Positions 47,638 to 58,700 of a DNA stretch of 64,000 bases are shown one piece after another. The translations under genes and the position numbers were made by a program. Positions within the stretch are counted from its first letter, which is position 1. Each line of letters begins with the position of its first letter. The notes under the pieces are model-generated. The model was given only the letters and a program-made list of their open reading frames with translations, was not told the origin of the DNA and did no database searches. Source of the stretch: Candidatus Hydrogenedentota bacterium (GTDB taxonomy: Bacteria; Hydrogenedentota; Hydrogenedentia; Hydrogenedentales; SLHB01); contig CAXXTH010000018.1 of NCBI GenBank assembly GCA_963668025.2, positions 416,001 through 480,000 of the forward strand, written 5' to 3'.

Positions 47638-49173
47638 TTACTTTACGTTGCGTTTGCGAATCAAGGCGACTGCACTACCCATGCAGCTTGCGCCCAGCAA
47701 TGCTAAGCCCAACAGGCCCGCTACGGGCAGATCCGACACCGCACCGCTCGAAACAACGATCGTGACCGTTGAACCAGCCGCTAATGCTTCACCCGCCGCA
47801 GGTTCCGTGCGAATGATGCCGCCTTCGGGAACCGTGTCGCTGGATTCTTGTTCCACTTCCACGACATAGCCAGCGTCTTCGAGGGCTGTCGTCGCTTCTT
47901 CTTCAGTCATTCCCGACACATCCGGCACGGTGTCGCCACCGGCGCTTCCACCGAGCATGGAGCCGATGGGCCCGCCTGCGCTATCGGCCGTCAAGAGCGC
48001 TGGCTCCGTGTAGGTCCAATCAGCGGGTAGGTCTGCATAATCAGGCGAGACGAAGGTCGTCAGATTATGGCCGCCGCTGGCCCAAATGCCCGTAGCCGCG
48101 CCATTCATATTGCAGTAATCGTACGTAATCGTCGGCGGTGTGCCTTCGATGTTTTCTGCTGGCGGCGCCAGTAATGACGAGCCCGTAAGCTGGATATTGC
48201 AATTTGTGACGGCAATATCAGAGAAATTGCCGGCGCTATAAATTGCGCCTAACATGAACACATTCGCCACATTGCAATAAAAGTCGCAATGGTCAATGTA
48301 CGCTATATTGTCTTCATAGGAGCTATTGAACAGGATACCAGCCGTATTCCCAATATCACTAAAAGTTGAAGTCCTGGTCGCATAGAACGCGTTGTTATTG
48401 ATATGCACCGTGGAAGAGAAAAGGTTATAGGCGCCTAAGGCGCAATTGATGCCCCAGCCATACCAATCCTGGAACAGGCAGTTCTCAACGGTGACATTAC
48501 CGCCAGCGATGAATATAGGATTAGTATTATTAACGAACTTACAATCGCTCACATTGAACGTCATCGTGCCAGCAGCGTTGCAGTCAATACTGAATGTGGA
48601 GCCATAAGTAGAGCCGTAATAGACGGAAGTGCTACTTGTGGTGAATTCGCAGTTATTGAAGGTAATGCTGATATTCTCTGCTTCAGCCGCGTAGAAAAAC
48701 ATGCCGCCGCCGCCAGCCCAAGTGCCGCCTGAACCGTCATTTGTAAACAGAATGTTCTCGAAGACGTAATTAGCGCCGTCAGGAGCCCAATGGCCATTGA
48801 ACAGGAGGTCGCCATCAACGCTATCCCGAATCGTGATTCTACCACCGTCATTAGACCCGAACTGAACCAAACCCGGAATAGACGGGATGATCGCCGAGCC
48901 GGACGCATTAATAAAGTTGATGGAAGGCGTCTGGCCGGCTGTGGCCACAATCTTGATCGCCTTACCAATCGCCCAATACACGATATCCTGTTGGTACACT
49001 GCACTATCGGTGATCTCGATAGTATCATTTTCCGCCGCCCCATCCACGGCTGCGGATATGACATCCAATCCGCCGCCACTGACTTGAACGACTGCCGCAC
49101 CTGCCGGCGCCCCGAACAGCAACGCCAAACAAGCCAGCATCAATAGAGTTCCGCCTTTAGCTAAAGTCTTCAT
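47638..49173 (-). CDS. Secreted beta-helix (pectin-lyase-like) protein with a PASTA domain and a C-terminal LPVAG-TM-basic tail
   Basis: Signal peptide; Asn/Cys-ladder repeats (FNNCEF, VENCLF, IDHCDF); PASTA motif VPDVSGMTEEEA...SDTVPEGGII...P.AG...V.IVVS; tail LPVAGLLGLALLGASCMGSAVALIRKRNVK. Confidence 0.8.
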   Translation of the reverse strand: MKTLAKGGTLLMLACLALLFGAPAGAAVVQVSGGGLDVISAAVDGAAENDTIEITDSAVYQQDIVYWAIGKAIKIVATAGQTPSINFINASGSAIIPSIPGLVQFGSNDGGRITIRDSVDGDLLFNGHWAPDGANYVFENILFTNDGSGGTWAGGGGMFFYAAEAENISITFNNCEFTTSSTSVYYGSTYGSTFSIDCNAAGTMTFNVSDCKFVNNTNPIFIAGGNVTVENCLFQDWYGWGINCALGAYNLFSSTVHINNNAFYATRTSTFSDIGNTAGILFNSSYEDNIAYIDHCDFYCNVANVFMLGAIYSAGNFSDIAVTNCNIQLTGSSLLAPPAENIEGTPPTITYDYCNMNGAATGIWASGGHNLTTFVSPDYADLPADWTYTEPALLTADSAGGPIGSMLGGSAGGDTVPDVSGMTEEEATTALEDAGYVVEVEQESSDTVPEGGIIRTEPAAGEALAAGSTVTIVVSSGAVSDLPVAGLLGLALLGASCMGSAVALIRKRNVK

Positions 49174-49291
49174 TGATAGCACTCCTCTCTCTTGTTTTGC
49201 CCAAACTAACATACAATACCACCTCTTTACCGACCAACTTATAAGCACTCCCTCAACTTATAAGAGCTTCATACTAAAAACAGACAACGAA

Positions 49292-50437
49292 TTAATTCTG
49301 GCCTCCCGCACAGGCGATATACCACGAAAATGCCAGATCACGTGTATTGTAGGTCTGATTTCCAGTTAATCCGGTGCAGGCCCACTGCAGCCCGCCTGGC
49401 ATCTCCGCAGAAGCGTCCACCGATTTATACCGGATAAACTCCACATGGCCATCCATAGCCAGAATGTTGGCGCCGCCTGGAACGTGGTTGAACACCATGA
49501 CGCCGCTGCCTGCGGTTGTAGCTATTGTCTGGCCCAATTGCGCGCCCCAGCAATCCAACATAACGGGAAGCTGGCTTTGGCCGATTGCGCCAGCAGCAGG
49601 ATTGTTAATATCCGTGATGAAGAAACGTTCGACACCTTCGCGAAGCTTGGGTAGCGCGGACGGCAATTTGGCGCCTTCGCTGTCAAGAATAGGAGGTGAA
49701 CCCGTTCCAAAGCCGCTGACAGGGATGTCTTCACCGCCACGATTCTCAATGTAACCTAAGCTAACCCACTGCGTAGGCCATGTCGACAATGCTGTCACCT
49801 CGTCATCATACGTTCCCGATTTACTAAGCACTATGCCATGCCATACCACTCCTCCCAAACAATATTGCATTAAGCACCATTGCGTAGGAGTGCGCACGGC
49901 GTTGGGAACGTAGAAATAGGAGACAGGGTGGCCCAACAACGCCTGCTGGCCAATTTTCTGCATCGCGGAATCTGTAGTGGAAGCACTGATATCCTTCAGT
50001 TGGGCTGCGATATCTTCTTCGATCCCTACATCCCCAGGGCAAGTGGTGATGGCTCCCCGCTGAATATAATCCTGTGAGGGAGACCGGTTGTCCGATGGGC
50101 AAACCATGATGCTTGGATCATTCCAGTAATCGGGAAACAAACCGCCCGCATCCACGCCCAAGGGGCCAATGTTCTGCTTGGCGGTTCCGGTAAGCTTACC
50201 AATGATAATCCACTGATTAGAATTGGGAAATGCCCCTTTGGACTCCCCGGCATACATCTTAAAAATGATGCCCCATTGCTTAAGGTTCGACTGGCAGGAA
50301 GCCCGGCGCGCGGCTTCTCGCGCCCGCGCCAGCGCTGGAAGTAAAATAGCCGCCAGAATTGCGATAATAGCGATTACTACCAGTAGCTCGATTAGCGTAA
50401 AACCTGCCTTTAACTCGATACGATTTCGGTTCATCAC
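49292..50437 (-). CDS. DUF1559 prepilin-type protein with H-X9-DG C-terminal motif, copy 1
   Basis: Class III signal KAG|[42 protein letters not shown]; CPSD; [18 protein letters not shown]. Confidence 0.9.
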   Translation of the reverse strand: MMNRNRIELKAGFTLIELLVVIAIIAILAAILLPALARAREAARRASCQSNLKQWGIIFKMYAGESKGAFPNSNQWIIIGKLTGTAKQNIGPLGVDAGGLFPDYWNDPSIMVCPSDNRSPSQDYIQRGAITTCPGDVGIEEDIAAQLKDISASTTDSAMQKIGQQALLGHPVSYFYVPNAVRTPTQWCLMQYCLGGVVWHGIVLSKSGTYDDEVTALSTWPTQWVSLGYIENRGGEDIPVSGFGTGSPPILDSEGAKLPSALPKLREGVERFFITDINNPAAGAIGQSQLPVMLDCWGAQLGQTIATTAGSGVMVFNHVPGGANILAMDGHVEFIRYKSVDASAEMPGGLQWACTGLTGNQTYNTRDLAFSWYIACAGGQN

Positions 50438-50587
50438 ATCTCTCCTTTCTTTTGCATTAATCCCGTATTTAATGATTTAAACAATTTTATACGCCCAAAT
50501 GATCCCTCCTTTCACAGCTATTCCATGATTTGACGCTTTCTTGTAAAAGTGCATTGGAGTTGCCGTGAATGGCTTCAACTGAGCCTC

Positions 50588-50647
50588 AATCGAGCAGCCT
50601 CTCGATTAGAGTATACTCAGTATACATAAAAAGAGCCTATAACACAA
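50588..50647 (-). promoter_or_regulatory. Sigma-70 promoter, palindromic operator and leader inverted repeat (copy 1)
   Basis: TTGTGT-17-TATACT; operator GTATACT-C-AGTATAC (50611-50625); AATCGAG-N6-CTCGATT. Confidence 0.7.
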
Positions 50648-50778
50648 GCTAATTTTTCCATGCCCTTTACAACCTGTTTTGTCTGTTGGCGTATTGATTC
50701 CGCACCGGAAGAAACAATGCGCACCCTATCTACACTGGTTTATCGGAGCTCCTTTGCCATGGCCAACCACCCAATAAA

Positions 50779-51921
50779 CTAGTTTTGGCCGCCTGCCGTA
50801 GCGATATACCACGAGAATCCAAGATCCCTCGTATTATAGGTCTGATTTCCGATGTATCCGGCGCATACCCATTTCAGTCCTTCTGGTACATCGCCAGAGG
50901 CATCCACTGTTTGATAACGGATAAACTCCACATGGCCATCCATGGCGAGCACATTGGCGCCGCCAGGAAGATGATTAAACACCACGACACCCGTTCCTAC
51001 CGTCGTCGCTATAGTCTGTCCCAATTGCGTGCCCCAGCAATCCAGCATAACGGGGAGCTGGCTCTGGCCCATCGAACCGGAGGCCGGATTATTGATATCC
51101 GTGATGAAGAAACGCTCGACGCCTTCGCGCAGCTTAGGTAACGAGGACGGCAAAATGTCACCGTTGCTGTCGTAAATGGGTTGGCTGCTGAATTCCTTCA
51201 TGGGAATATCTTTTCCACCGCGCTCCTCGACATAACCGAGGCGAACCCATTGCTTAGGCCATGTAGATAGTGCATCCACTTCGTCATCGTAGTGGCCGGA
51301 AACTTTTAAGACGATGGGATGCCATACCGCTCCACCCAAACAGCATTGGGCTAGACAGAACTGCGTAGGGGTTCGCAACGCATTGGGGATATAGATATAC
51401 GAGACAGGATGCCCCAGCAGCGCCTGCTGGCCAATTTTCAGCATTGTGGAATCCGTGGTAGAAGCGCTGATATCTTTCAGTTGCGCCGAGATGTCCTCTT
51501 CGATGCCTACATCTCCAACAGAATTAGACAAAGAACCCCTTTGGGCATAATCTACACCCGGAGAACGGTTGTCTGATGGGCATACCATAATGCTTGGATC
51601 ATTCCAGTAATCAGGAAACAGGCCGCCCGCATCCACTCCCATGGGGCTGATGCTCGCACTGAGATACCCTTTAGCAATGTTGCCCTCAATGATCCACTGG
51701 TTGGAATTCGGAAATACGCCGTTGGACTCGTTTGCATACATTTTGAAGATGATGCCCCATTGCTTGAGGTTCGACTGGCAAGAAGCGCGGCGAGCGGCTT
51801 CCCGCGCCCGCGCCAGCGCCGGAAGTAAAATGGCCGCCAAAATTGCGATAATCGCGATAACAACCAATAACTCGATTAATGTGAAACCTGCTTTTGTTTT
51901 GTTACAATTACAATTCATCAC
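50779..51921 (-). CDS. DUF1559 prepilin-type protein, copy 2
   Basis: Same N-terminal motif as copy 1; [18 protein letters not shown]; ends GGQN. Confidence 0.9.
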   Translation of the reverse strand: MMNCNCNKTKAGFTLIELLVVIAIIAILAAILLPALARAREAARRASCQSNLKQWGIIFKMYANESNGVFPNSNQWIIEGNIAKGYLSASISPMGVDAGGLFPDYWNDPSIMVCPSDNRSPGVDYAQRGSLSNSVGDVGIEEDISAQLKDISASTTDSTMLKIGQQALLGHPVSYIYIPNALRTPTQFCLAQCCLGGAVWHPIVLKVSGHYDDEVDALSTWPKQWVRLGYVEERGGKDIPMKEFSSQPIYDSNGDILPSSLPKLREGVERFFITDINNPASGSMGQSQLPVMLDCWGTQLGQTIATTVGTGVVVFNHLPGGANVLAMDGHVEFIRYQTVDASGDVPEGLKWVCAGYIGNQTYNTRDLGFSWYIATAGGQN

Positions 51922-52093
51922 ACCTCTCCCTTCTTTTGTATTAATTCCTTATTACATATTGTGAGCATTTTCCCTCTCAAAAATGACCACTCCCTCCACA
52001 ACTACGACATGAATGATCGCCCATATGCGATTGCACGGAAAAGATGCATTAAGAACTGCTGTGTACTGGACGTGAACCACTTCAACTGCGCTT

Positions 52094-52154
52094 TAATCGA
52101 GCACCCCCTCGATTAGAGTATACTCAGCATACATCAAGTTGGCCCATAACGCAA
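52094..52154 (-). promoter_or_regulatory. Sigma-70 promoter, operator and leader inverted repeat (copy 2)
   Basis: TTGCGT-17-TATGCT; GTATACT-C-AGCATAC (52118-52132); TAATCGAG-N6-CTCGATTA. Confidence 0.7.
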
Positions 52155-52212
52155 GCCCTTTTTCTCATGCCCTTCATCGCGTTTTTCTTCCGTAGGCGTA
52201 TTGATTTCGCAC

Positions 52213-52244
52213 AGGCTGCCCCTCCATATATGGATGGGCAGCCT
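52213..52244. terminator. Stem-loop downstream of DUF1559 copy 3
   Basis: AGGCTGCCC.TCCAT-AT-ATGGA.GGGCAGCCT. Confidence 0.45.
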
Positions 52245-52265
52245 TTTCTGGCCCCATGCGCTAAG

Positions 52266-53405
52266 TTAATTCTGGCCTCCCGCCGTAGCGATGTACCACG
52301 AAAATCCGAAATCGCCCGAATTGTAGGCTTGGCTTCCAGTGAATCCGGCGCAGCACCAATTCAGTCCGCCAGGAGCATCGCCGGAGGCATCCACCGATTG
52401 ATACCGGATGAACTCCACATGGCCATCCATGGCGAGTACATTGGCGCCACCGGGAAGATGATTGAACACCACAACTCCGGTGCCTGCCGTAGTCTGTATG
52501 GTTTGGCCTAATTGGGTGCCCCAGCAATCCATCATGACGGGAAGCTGGCTTTGGCCAATGGCGCCAGCGGCGGGATTATTGATATCGGTGATGAAGAAAC
52601 GCTCGACGCCTTCACGCGTCTTGGGCAGCGAGGACGGCAATTTGCCGCCGCCCGTGTCATAAATGGATTGGCTGATGAAGCTGCTCATGGGAATGTCTTC
52701 ACTGCCACGATCTTCCACATAACCCAGGCGGACCCACTGCGTAGGCCATGTCGACAATGCAGTCACTTCTTCATCATAGTTGGCAGATTCTTGGAGCACT
52801 AAGGAATGGTATACCAATCCGCTCAAACAATATTGCATGAACAAGAACTGCGAGGGAGTTCGCACGGCATTGGGTATGTAGAGATAAGAAACAGGATGGC
52901 CCAGCAAGGCCTGCTGGCCGATTTTTCGCATGTCGGAATCCGTTGTTGAATCGCTGATATCTTTCAATTGCGCCGGGATGTCCTCTTCGATGCCCACATC
53001 TCCTACACAAGTCGTTAACGCGCTCCTCTGAGCGTAATCCACACTAGGCGAACGATTGTCTGATGGGCAGACCATGATGCTTGGATCATTCCAGTAATCA
53101 GGAAACAGCCCGCCTGCATCTACTCCCAAGGGACTAATGGTTGCGCGTTGAGTTCCTGTAAGATTGCCCTCAATGATCCACTGGTTGATATTAGGAAACA
53201 CGCCGTTGGATTCGTTGGCATACATCTTAAAAATGATGCCCCATTGCTTGAGGTTCGACTGGCAAGAAGCACGGCGTGCGGCTTCCCGTGCCCGCGCCAG
53301 CGCCGGAAGCAGAATGGCCGCCAGGATGGCAATAATAGCGATAACTACCAATAATTCGATTAGCGTAAATCCCACCTTCGTTCTGTTGTGATTACGATTC
53401 ATCAT
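52266..53405 (-). CDS. DUF1559 prepilin-type protein, copy 3
   Basis: KVG|FTLIELL...; [18 protein letters not shown]; ends GGQN. Confidence 0.9.
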   Translation of the reverse strand: MMNRNHNRTKVGFTLIELLVVIAIIAILAAILLPALARAREAARRASCQSNLKQWGIIFKMYANESNGVFPNINQWIIEGNLTGTQRATISPLGVDAGGLFPDYWNDPSIMVCPSDNRSPSVDYAQRSALTTCVGDVGIEEDIPAQLKDISDSTTDSDMRKIGQQALLGHPVSYLYIPNAVRTPSQFLFMQYCLSGLVYHSLVLQESANYDEEVTALSTWPTQWVRLGYVEDRGSEDIPMSSFISQSIYDTGGGKLPSSLPKTREGVERFFITDINNPAAGAIGQSQLPVMMDCWGTQLGQTIQTTAGTGVVVFNHLPGGANVLAMDGHVEFIRYQSVDASGDAPGGLNWCCAGFTGSQAYNSGDFGFSWYIATAGGQN

Positions 53406-53578
53406 TCCTCTCCTTTTATCGTATTAATTTCACAATTCTCACTATATTGTTCTCGCATTCCTAAATGGTCATTCTCGACAAAGTAATGGTCATGAGTGTT
53501 CGCCCGAATGCGTGTGTCTTGAAACGATGCATTACGAATGCTTTGGCCTGCCGTGAATGAGTTCAACTGAGCATACTT

Positions 53579-53638
53579 TAATCGAGCGCCCCGCGATTAG
53601 AGTATACTCAGTATACATATAACGGGCCCGTAACGCCA
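53579..53638 (-). promoter_or_regulatory. Sigma-70 promoter, operator and leader inverted repeat (copy 3)
   Basis: TGGCGT-17-TATACT; GTATACT-C-AGTATAC (53602-53616); TAATCG...CGATTA. Confidence 0.68.
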
Positions 53639-53859
53639 GCATTTTTTATTCGCGGCATTTCATCCGGTTTCAGGGCCTAGCCCAAATGGCCCTTTCATCC
53701 GTATTCCCTTCTGTAGAATGGGTTTACGAAACTCCGTGTTTTTCATTTGGAACGATGATATGATAGGAGAAGACTGTTGGCAATGCCAATGGAAAAGAAT
53801 CCAAGACCACTGGCATTAGGTGCTATTTGTGGATATAGACTGTGAAAAATATTGCGAAC

Positions 53860-53896
53860 TTGCCATGACACTATACAAGATGTATACTAAATATGC
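53860..53896 (+). promoter_or_regulatory. Regulator promoter with an overlapping operator variant
   Basis: TTGCCA-17-TATACT; GTATACT-A-AATATGC (53882-53896) has 2 mismatches to the DUF1559 operator and sits in the same register over the -10 box. Confidence 0.6.
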
Positions 53897-54084
53897 ATGG
53901 GGATGCATGCAGCCATAGAAAAAACAGATGCGCTGTGGTGGTGGCAAAGCAAGAACAAACACAAATTGCCGGTTAATTTGATTAGGCTTTCGCCTATAGA
54001 TGGCCTCTTGGCGGTTCCAAGGCTTGTAGATGGACAAAAAACGGAACCTCGATCATCGAATTTCGATGGAAGAATAGATGAAGC

Positions 54085-55215
54085 ATGAATATTGAAGTAG
54101 ATATCGAAGTCGATCGAAAATCGAATGAGCCCCTCTACAAACAGATCCGAAGAGGCATTATCGAGAGAATCAAGAATGGCAAGTGGTCCCCGCACGACCA
54201 ACTGCCCAATTACAAGAAATTGAGTGAAGATGTCGGCGTCAGCATGATAACGATAAAACAATCCGTAGGGGCGTTAGTAAACGAAGGGTTGCTATATCGA
54301 AAACGGGGAGTAGGCGTCTTTATCGCGTCACAAGAAGTGCTGCCGAAGACCGGCATCATCGGCCTGATGGTCCCGGATGTCCGGCATCCATTCTTTGCAA
54401 AACTGGCGCATGCCATTCAATATTATGCTGCGGGCCAGCAATACACTATGTTCATTGTTTCTTTATGTGGGATTTCCCAGGATGTAGCCCACACCGTAGA
54501 GCACCTGCCATATCATACGCTTGACGGAATCATCACGAGCCGCGAGATTGTCGAGAGATTCCCCGTATGGTTTGCCAATATCATATCTGAACGCAAGCCC
54601 CTGGTATTCGTCGACGGGAGTTCGCCAGATAATACCCACGACTATGTGGAAACAGACAACTACCGGGGTATCGAATTGGTGGTGGACCACCTATGCGAGT
54701 TAGGCCATAAACGCCTGGGATTCGCCCTCGGCCATGTCGCCGGGCATATTCTCACAAGTGGCGCCCAGGAACGTGTCGAACACTTCAAGAGCATTCTGCG
54801 CGGCCGGGGCCTGCCCTTTGAACCACCCCAAATCCAGATCAGCAGCAGCCAAAACAACGAGAGCGCGGGCGAAGAAGCCGGTTACATGTTTCTGTCGCTG
54901 CGCACTCCGCCAACGGCCATTTTATGCATGAACGATTATGTGGCGAAGGGCGTGATTACGGTGGCGCGGAAATTACACGTCCGGTGTCCTGAAAACCTTT
55001 CCGTAGTTGGATTCGATGACATCGACATCGCGGAGCATCTCAGTCCTTCTCTTACAACCATACGCCAGCCGGTGGCCGAGATCGCCAAAACCGTTGTAGA
55101 TATCATGCTGCAACGGATTGAAAATCCCGCTGAAAATGGCGAAAAACCGTCTGCTATTCGCATCCCCCCGCAACTGATCGTCCGGGCGTCAACGGCCCCG
55201 CCGCCAGCCGCATAA
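54085..55215 (+). CDS. GntR-HTH / LacI-type sugar-binding hybrid regulator (AraR-like)
   Basis: GntR motif PLYKQI...QLP...GVS..TI...LVNEGLLYRKRGVGVF; LacI C-terminal motifs PFFAKL, LGHKR, PTAILCMND, LSVVGFDD and LTTIRQP. Confidence 0.92.
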   Translation: MNIEVDIEVDRKSNEPLYKQIRRGIIERIKNGKWSPHDQLPNYKKLSEDVGVSMITIKQSVGALVNEGLLYRKRGVGVFIASQEVLPKTGIIGLMVPDVRHPFFAKLAHAIQYYAAGQQYTMFIVSLCGISQDVAHTVEHLPYHTLDGIITSREIVERFPVWFANIISERKPLVFVDGSSPDNTHDYVETDNYRGIELVVDHLCELGHKRLGFALGHVAGHILTSGAQERVEHFKSILRGRGLPFEPPQIQISSSQNNESAGEEAGYMFLSLRTPPTAILCMNDYVAKGVITVARKLHVRCPENLSVVGFDDIDIAEHLSPSLTTIRQPVAEIAKTVVDIMLQRIENPAENGEKPSAIRIPPQLIVRASTAPPPAA

Positions 55216-55369
55216 AAAGCAGCATTTTACTACAAGCATGGTTTTACTTGCCTACATGCGCCGGTATCCAGAATAGCTATACGGCCATGTGGAAAAAGTC
55301 TCGACGCCCACGGCCAGTCCGTAACCGGTGAGGATTCCGTGCCAGAGGATTCCGTGCCCGTTTGTGCAT

Positions 55370-55480
55370 GGCAACCGCCTATGCATCCATCGCGAACAAC
55401 AACGCACTATCGGCCTTCTGTAGGTGGGAAACCAAGTGCTTCGCGAGAAGCTTGGAGGGCCCCATTTTATCGAATGCTGG
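55370..55480 (+). pseudogene. Short remnant of an integrase-core transposase N-terminus
   Basis: Reads HREQQRTIGLL*VGNQVLREKLG, resembling the 'NRQQQ..IEYL..ENQVLREKLG' starts I recall from IS3/IS481-like transposases. Contains an in-frame stop. Confidence 0.35.
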
Positions 55481-55724
55481 CCAGCGTCGACGGCTGCCTG
55501 GAACTCCTTGCGACTAGACAATTATCGAATCGAGCTTTCACTGTGCTTGGTGTTCACCCAGAAGAGATTTGCTCTGCATACCATCGCAGACGTATCAATA
55601 TATATAGGCTATACAACAATTGCTGCGGGTAAGGCTTTAGATGAAGACTTTATAAGCTGGCAAAAAGAGGATTCCCATAAGTAGGTAGAGTTCCTCGTCA
55701 TGCGGCCTATCGAATGACGAGTTG

Positions 55725-58700
55725 CTAGAAATCCCATACTTCCCAAAGCATGCCTCGTAAGAGGCATAACTTTTGGCCCTGTATGAATCCCCCTTGAAGT
55801 CCCTGTGAAGTAAGCGGCAGCACGCCGCATGTGGCCTGAAACTGCGGAACGCCGCCATGGGATAGGCAGACCACATCCGTCAGTTCTTGTGGACCCCACA
55901 CCGCATCGTTCGCATCCCACTGCATTACACAGAAGAGCGCGCGGCTTGTGGGAAAAAGATGGGGCCTAAGCACGTCATCCTCGCCCTGTGTATACTTCCC
56001 GGAGAGTTGGTTCCATTTCCAACGCCATTGCACTTCCCCGTTTGAGAGCTGAAGGCTCCAGACGGTGTCCCTCTTGGCGGCGTAGATTTGGGCGTCTGCG
56101 CCGTACTCATTCACAATGAACGACCAGGAATCGAGGTGAGCCTCGCCATCGTCCTGGAGATGCTGTTTCCATATGCTCGATCCATCGGCGCGTGAGACTG
56201 CTTCGATATCCCCTTTCCTGCCCACTGCGGCAACGATTTCCTTCCCAATGGCGATTTGTTCCACGCCAAATGCATACTGATGCGACCAAATAGTCTGGCC
56301 TGTGGTGGCGTCCACCCAATCGAAACGGGAGGCCGGACACTCTTCGCGGTCGGGGATAAGCAGTCCTCCGCCATACTGTTGTATCAATCCTCTCTTGCTT
56401 CGCAACCACCTGCTAGGCCAGGCTGTTCCCCGAACCGTTCGGGTCCACAGCGTATTCCCGGACGACGGCTCAATGCCGAATAGATTGCCTTGCTCATCGG
56501 CCGCTGTAATAGCCTGAGGAGAGGCGGATAAAAATGAGTTGAACCCGAGTGACAACGGGCGTTTCCATATGGGTTCCACTTTACCCTTTTCATAAAGGCA
56601 GGCCGTGCCGTCGGCCAAGGCAGCGAATACCCGGGATTCGTCCACAGGCATGAAATCGCGTACGTCAAAATGGAGGTTGGCCAATATATCATGGGCCTGC
56701 GTTACCGGATCGTAACAATGCAACTTCTTTTGGCTATCGATCCAAAAACACCGGCCCTCGCAAAACTCGATGTATCTGGCGGCATTACTTAGCTGCATGC
56801 CCGTAAAAATCAACTCCCGTATCCTGACGCCCGGCACGCGTGGCATACTGGCCACAATATCGAGCTGGGCCTTTATGGTCGATTCATCGACGCCATCATA
56901 TCCATACGCAGGAGGCAGTAGATCGCATGCCATCTTCAAATCCGCTACGCCGCCGTCCGGATCACCGTTCTTTGCCTTTGACTGGCCTCGGTAGTAGTAT
57001 GCCCGGCTTCGTTGCTGGCCCGGATCCTTAGCGACAAGACCGTCCTCGAATTCTTTTAACGTTCTGTCCGCCATTGCAATGCATTTTTCATATTCGCCCA
57101 TGTGATAGTACGCTTTAGCGAGGCCCAGTTGAACGAGAAGGTCGCTCTTGCCACGAAGGAATGTTTCGGCCTTTGCTACAATAATTTCCTGTTTGGGGTG
57201 TTCGGCATATTCAATACCACCGAGCAGGCTAAGGGCTTCCGCACTCGAACCAACGGCTTTTGTAGACTCTAGGAGGATATCGGAGGCATGAGTTTGGATA
57301 ATACGCAAGAGCCATTTTTCCGTAAATGGGTTTATTTGTGGCTCGTTCTGAAAGCGCCGCCACAGTTCTTCCACGATGGGCCTTGCTTCTTGGGGACGCA
57401 AACCTGACCATGTCAGACTTTGAAGCATCGACGAGCATAACGTGTCGTTGTCTTTGACAGCCCAAATGGCCTCGATGGCCTCGTTCGGATGTTTCGGCGC
57501 ACTCGCGACAACAGCAGCGCGTAGGGGCCCATTCACCGCGTGGCGCTCCGTAGAATTGGCATGCTCTCGCTCAATGGCTTCTTGGGTGAATTTCTTTATT
57601 AACTGAAGCCTCGCCTGATCCACGGCTTCCGGCCCGTTGGGCCCCAATAGCGTAAGGGCCGTTTCCAGGTTATGCGTTTCTCCTGGTGCGGTATGCTGTT
57701 TCCAGTTCAGGATTATTTCCTCGTAATAGGGGTAGGCCGCCTCGCCAAATTCGTGTAGCGCTCCTGATGTGGACCCCAGTAGATCATTATTCTGCAAGCT
57801 CGGGCGCTCCAGCAGGACTGGAACGGCCGACACATCTCCGATACGAGCTAAGGCATCCGCAAGCTCAAATCCCAAGGGGCCGTCTTCATTCCCTTTTTCG
57901 CGAAACAAAGCGATCAGCGTGGGCACGGCGGCTTGAACTCTCTGTTCGCTGAGCAGGCGGACGTTTTCGCCGGATGCCGCCAAATCCGCGAGAAGGCCCG
58001 GGAGTTGGGCTTCCATCGCCTCATTTCGGCGTATACGCACAAAAACAGGGTGCGACGCACCAAAGGCTCGAAGCAGATAGATGCCGGGGTCGGGCGGCTT
58101 ATTGCGCGTGATGGCCGTGAAATCCAGTGTTTTCATATCACCGACCGCAATCGTCGCGTCCAAGTCCTCCTCCGCTGCCTCGATATCACCCGGAAAGAAA
58201 AGCCGCTTTTCGTATATTTCATTTTTAGTTATTAGCGAAGGGCTGATCAGAATCCATTTCCCCATGCCTTCGAGGAAAGAACTCGCCTTCCGTTCTCCAT
58301 GGGACATCGGGAGAGACAACCCGGCGGGCTTTGTGAAGGTTTTGTTGTGAATCCGGGTCCTCACGTAAAGCGAATCGCCGGAATCCATCTCAGAATCCTT
58401 GATGCACATAACGACATGGGCGGTAGGAAATGCCGGCTCCTTAAAATCTATCTGCCATCCCGCTTGGTCAAATCCTTCCAGCCAAGCCTGGCGTCTCGAG
58501 AGAGGCATGCCCGGCAAATCATCGGGCAAGCCAACCCGGCTCCAGGAGGAACGAAAATCATATCCAACTACTTCCATTTTGAGTTCGTCCCAAGAGCCAA
58601 TCGCCTTGAGCAGAGGTTCTTTGATTTCGGGACTCTCCATTTGCAGCAAGGCCCAAAGTGCGCAACATCGAATCAGCGGTTTCTCCTCATCGAGCAAGGG

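Noticed and set aside
49292-53405. Diversity-generating retroelement or pilin antigenic-variation cassettes
   Set aside because: No reverse transcriptase or recombinase is nearby, differences are not obviously adenine-specific, and each copy is full-length with its own promoter.
50570-53640. CRISPR-like repeats
   Set aside because: The repeats are about 1.5 kb apart and are duplicated promoters. No repeat-spacer array or cas gene was seen.
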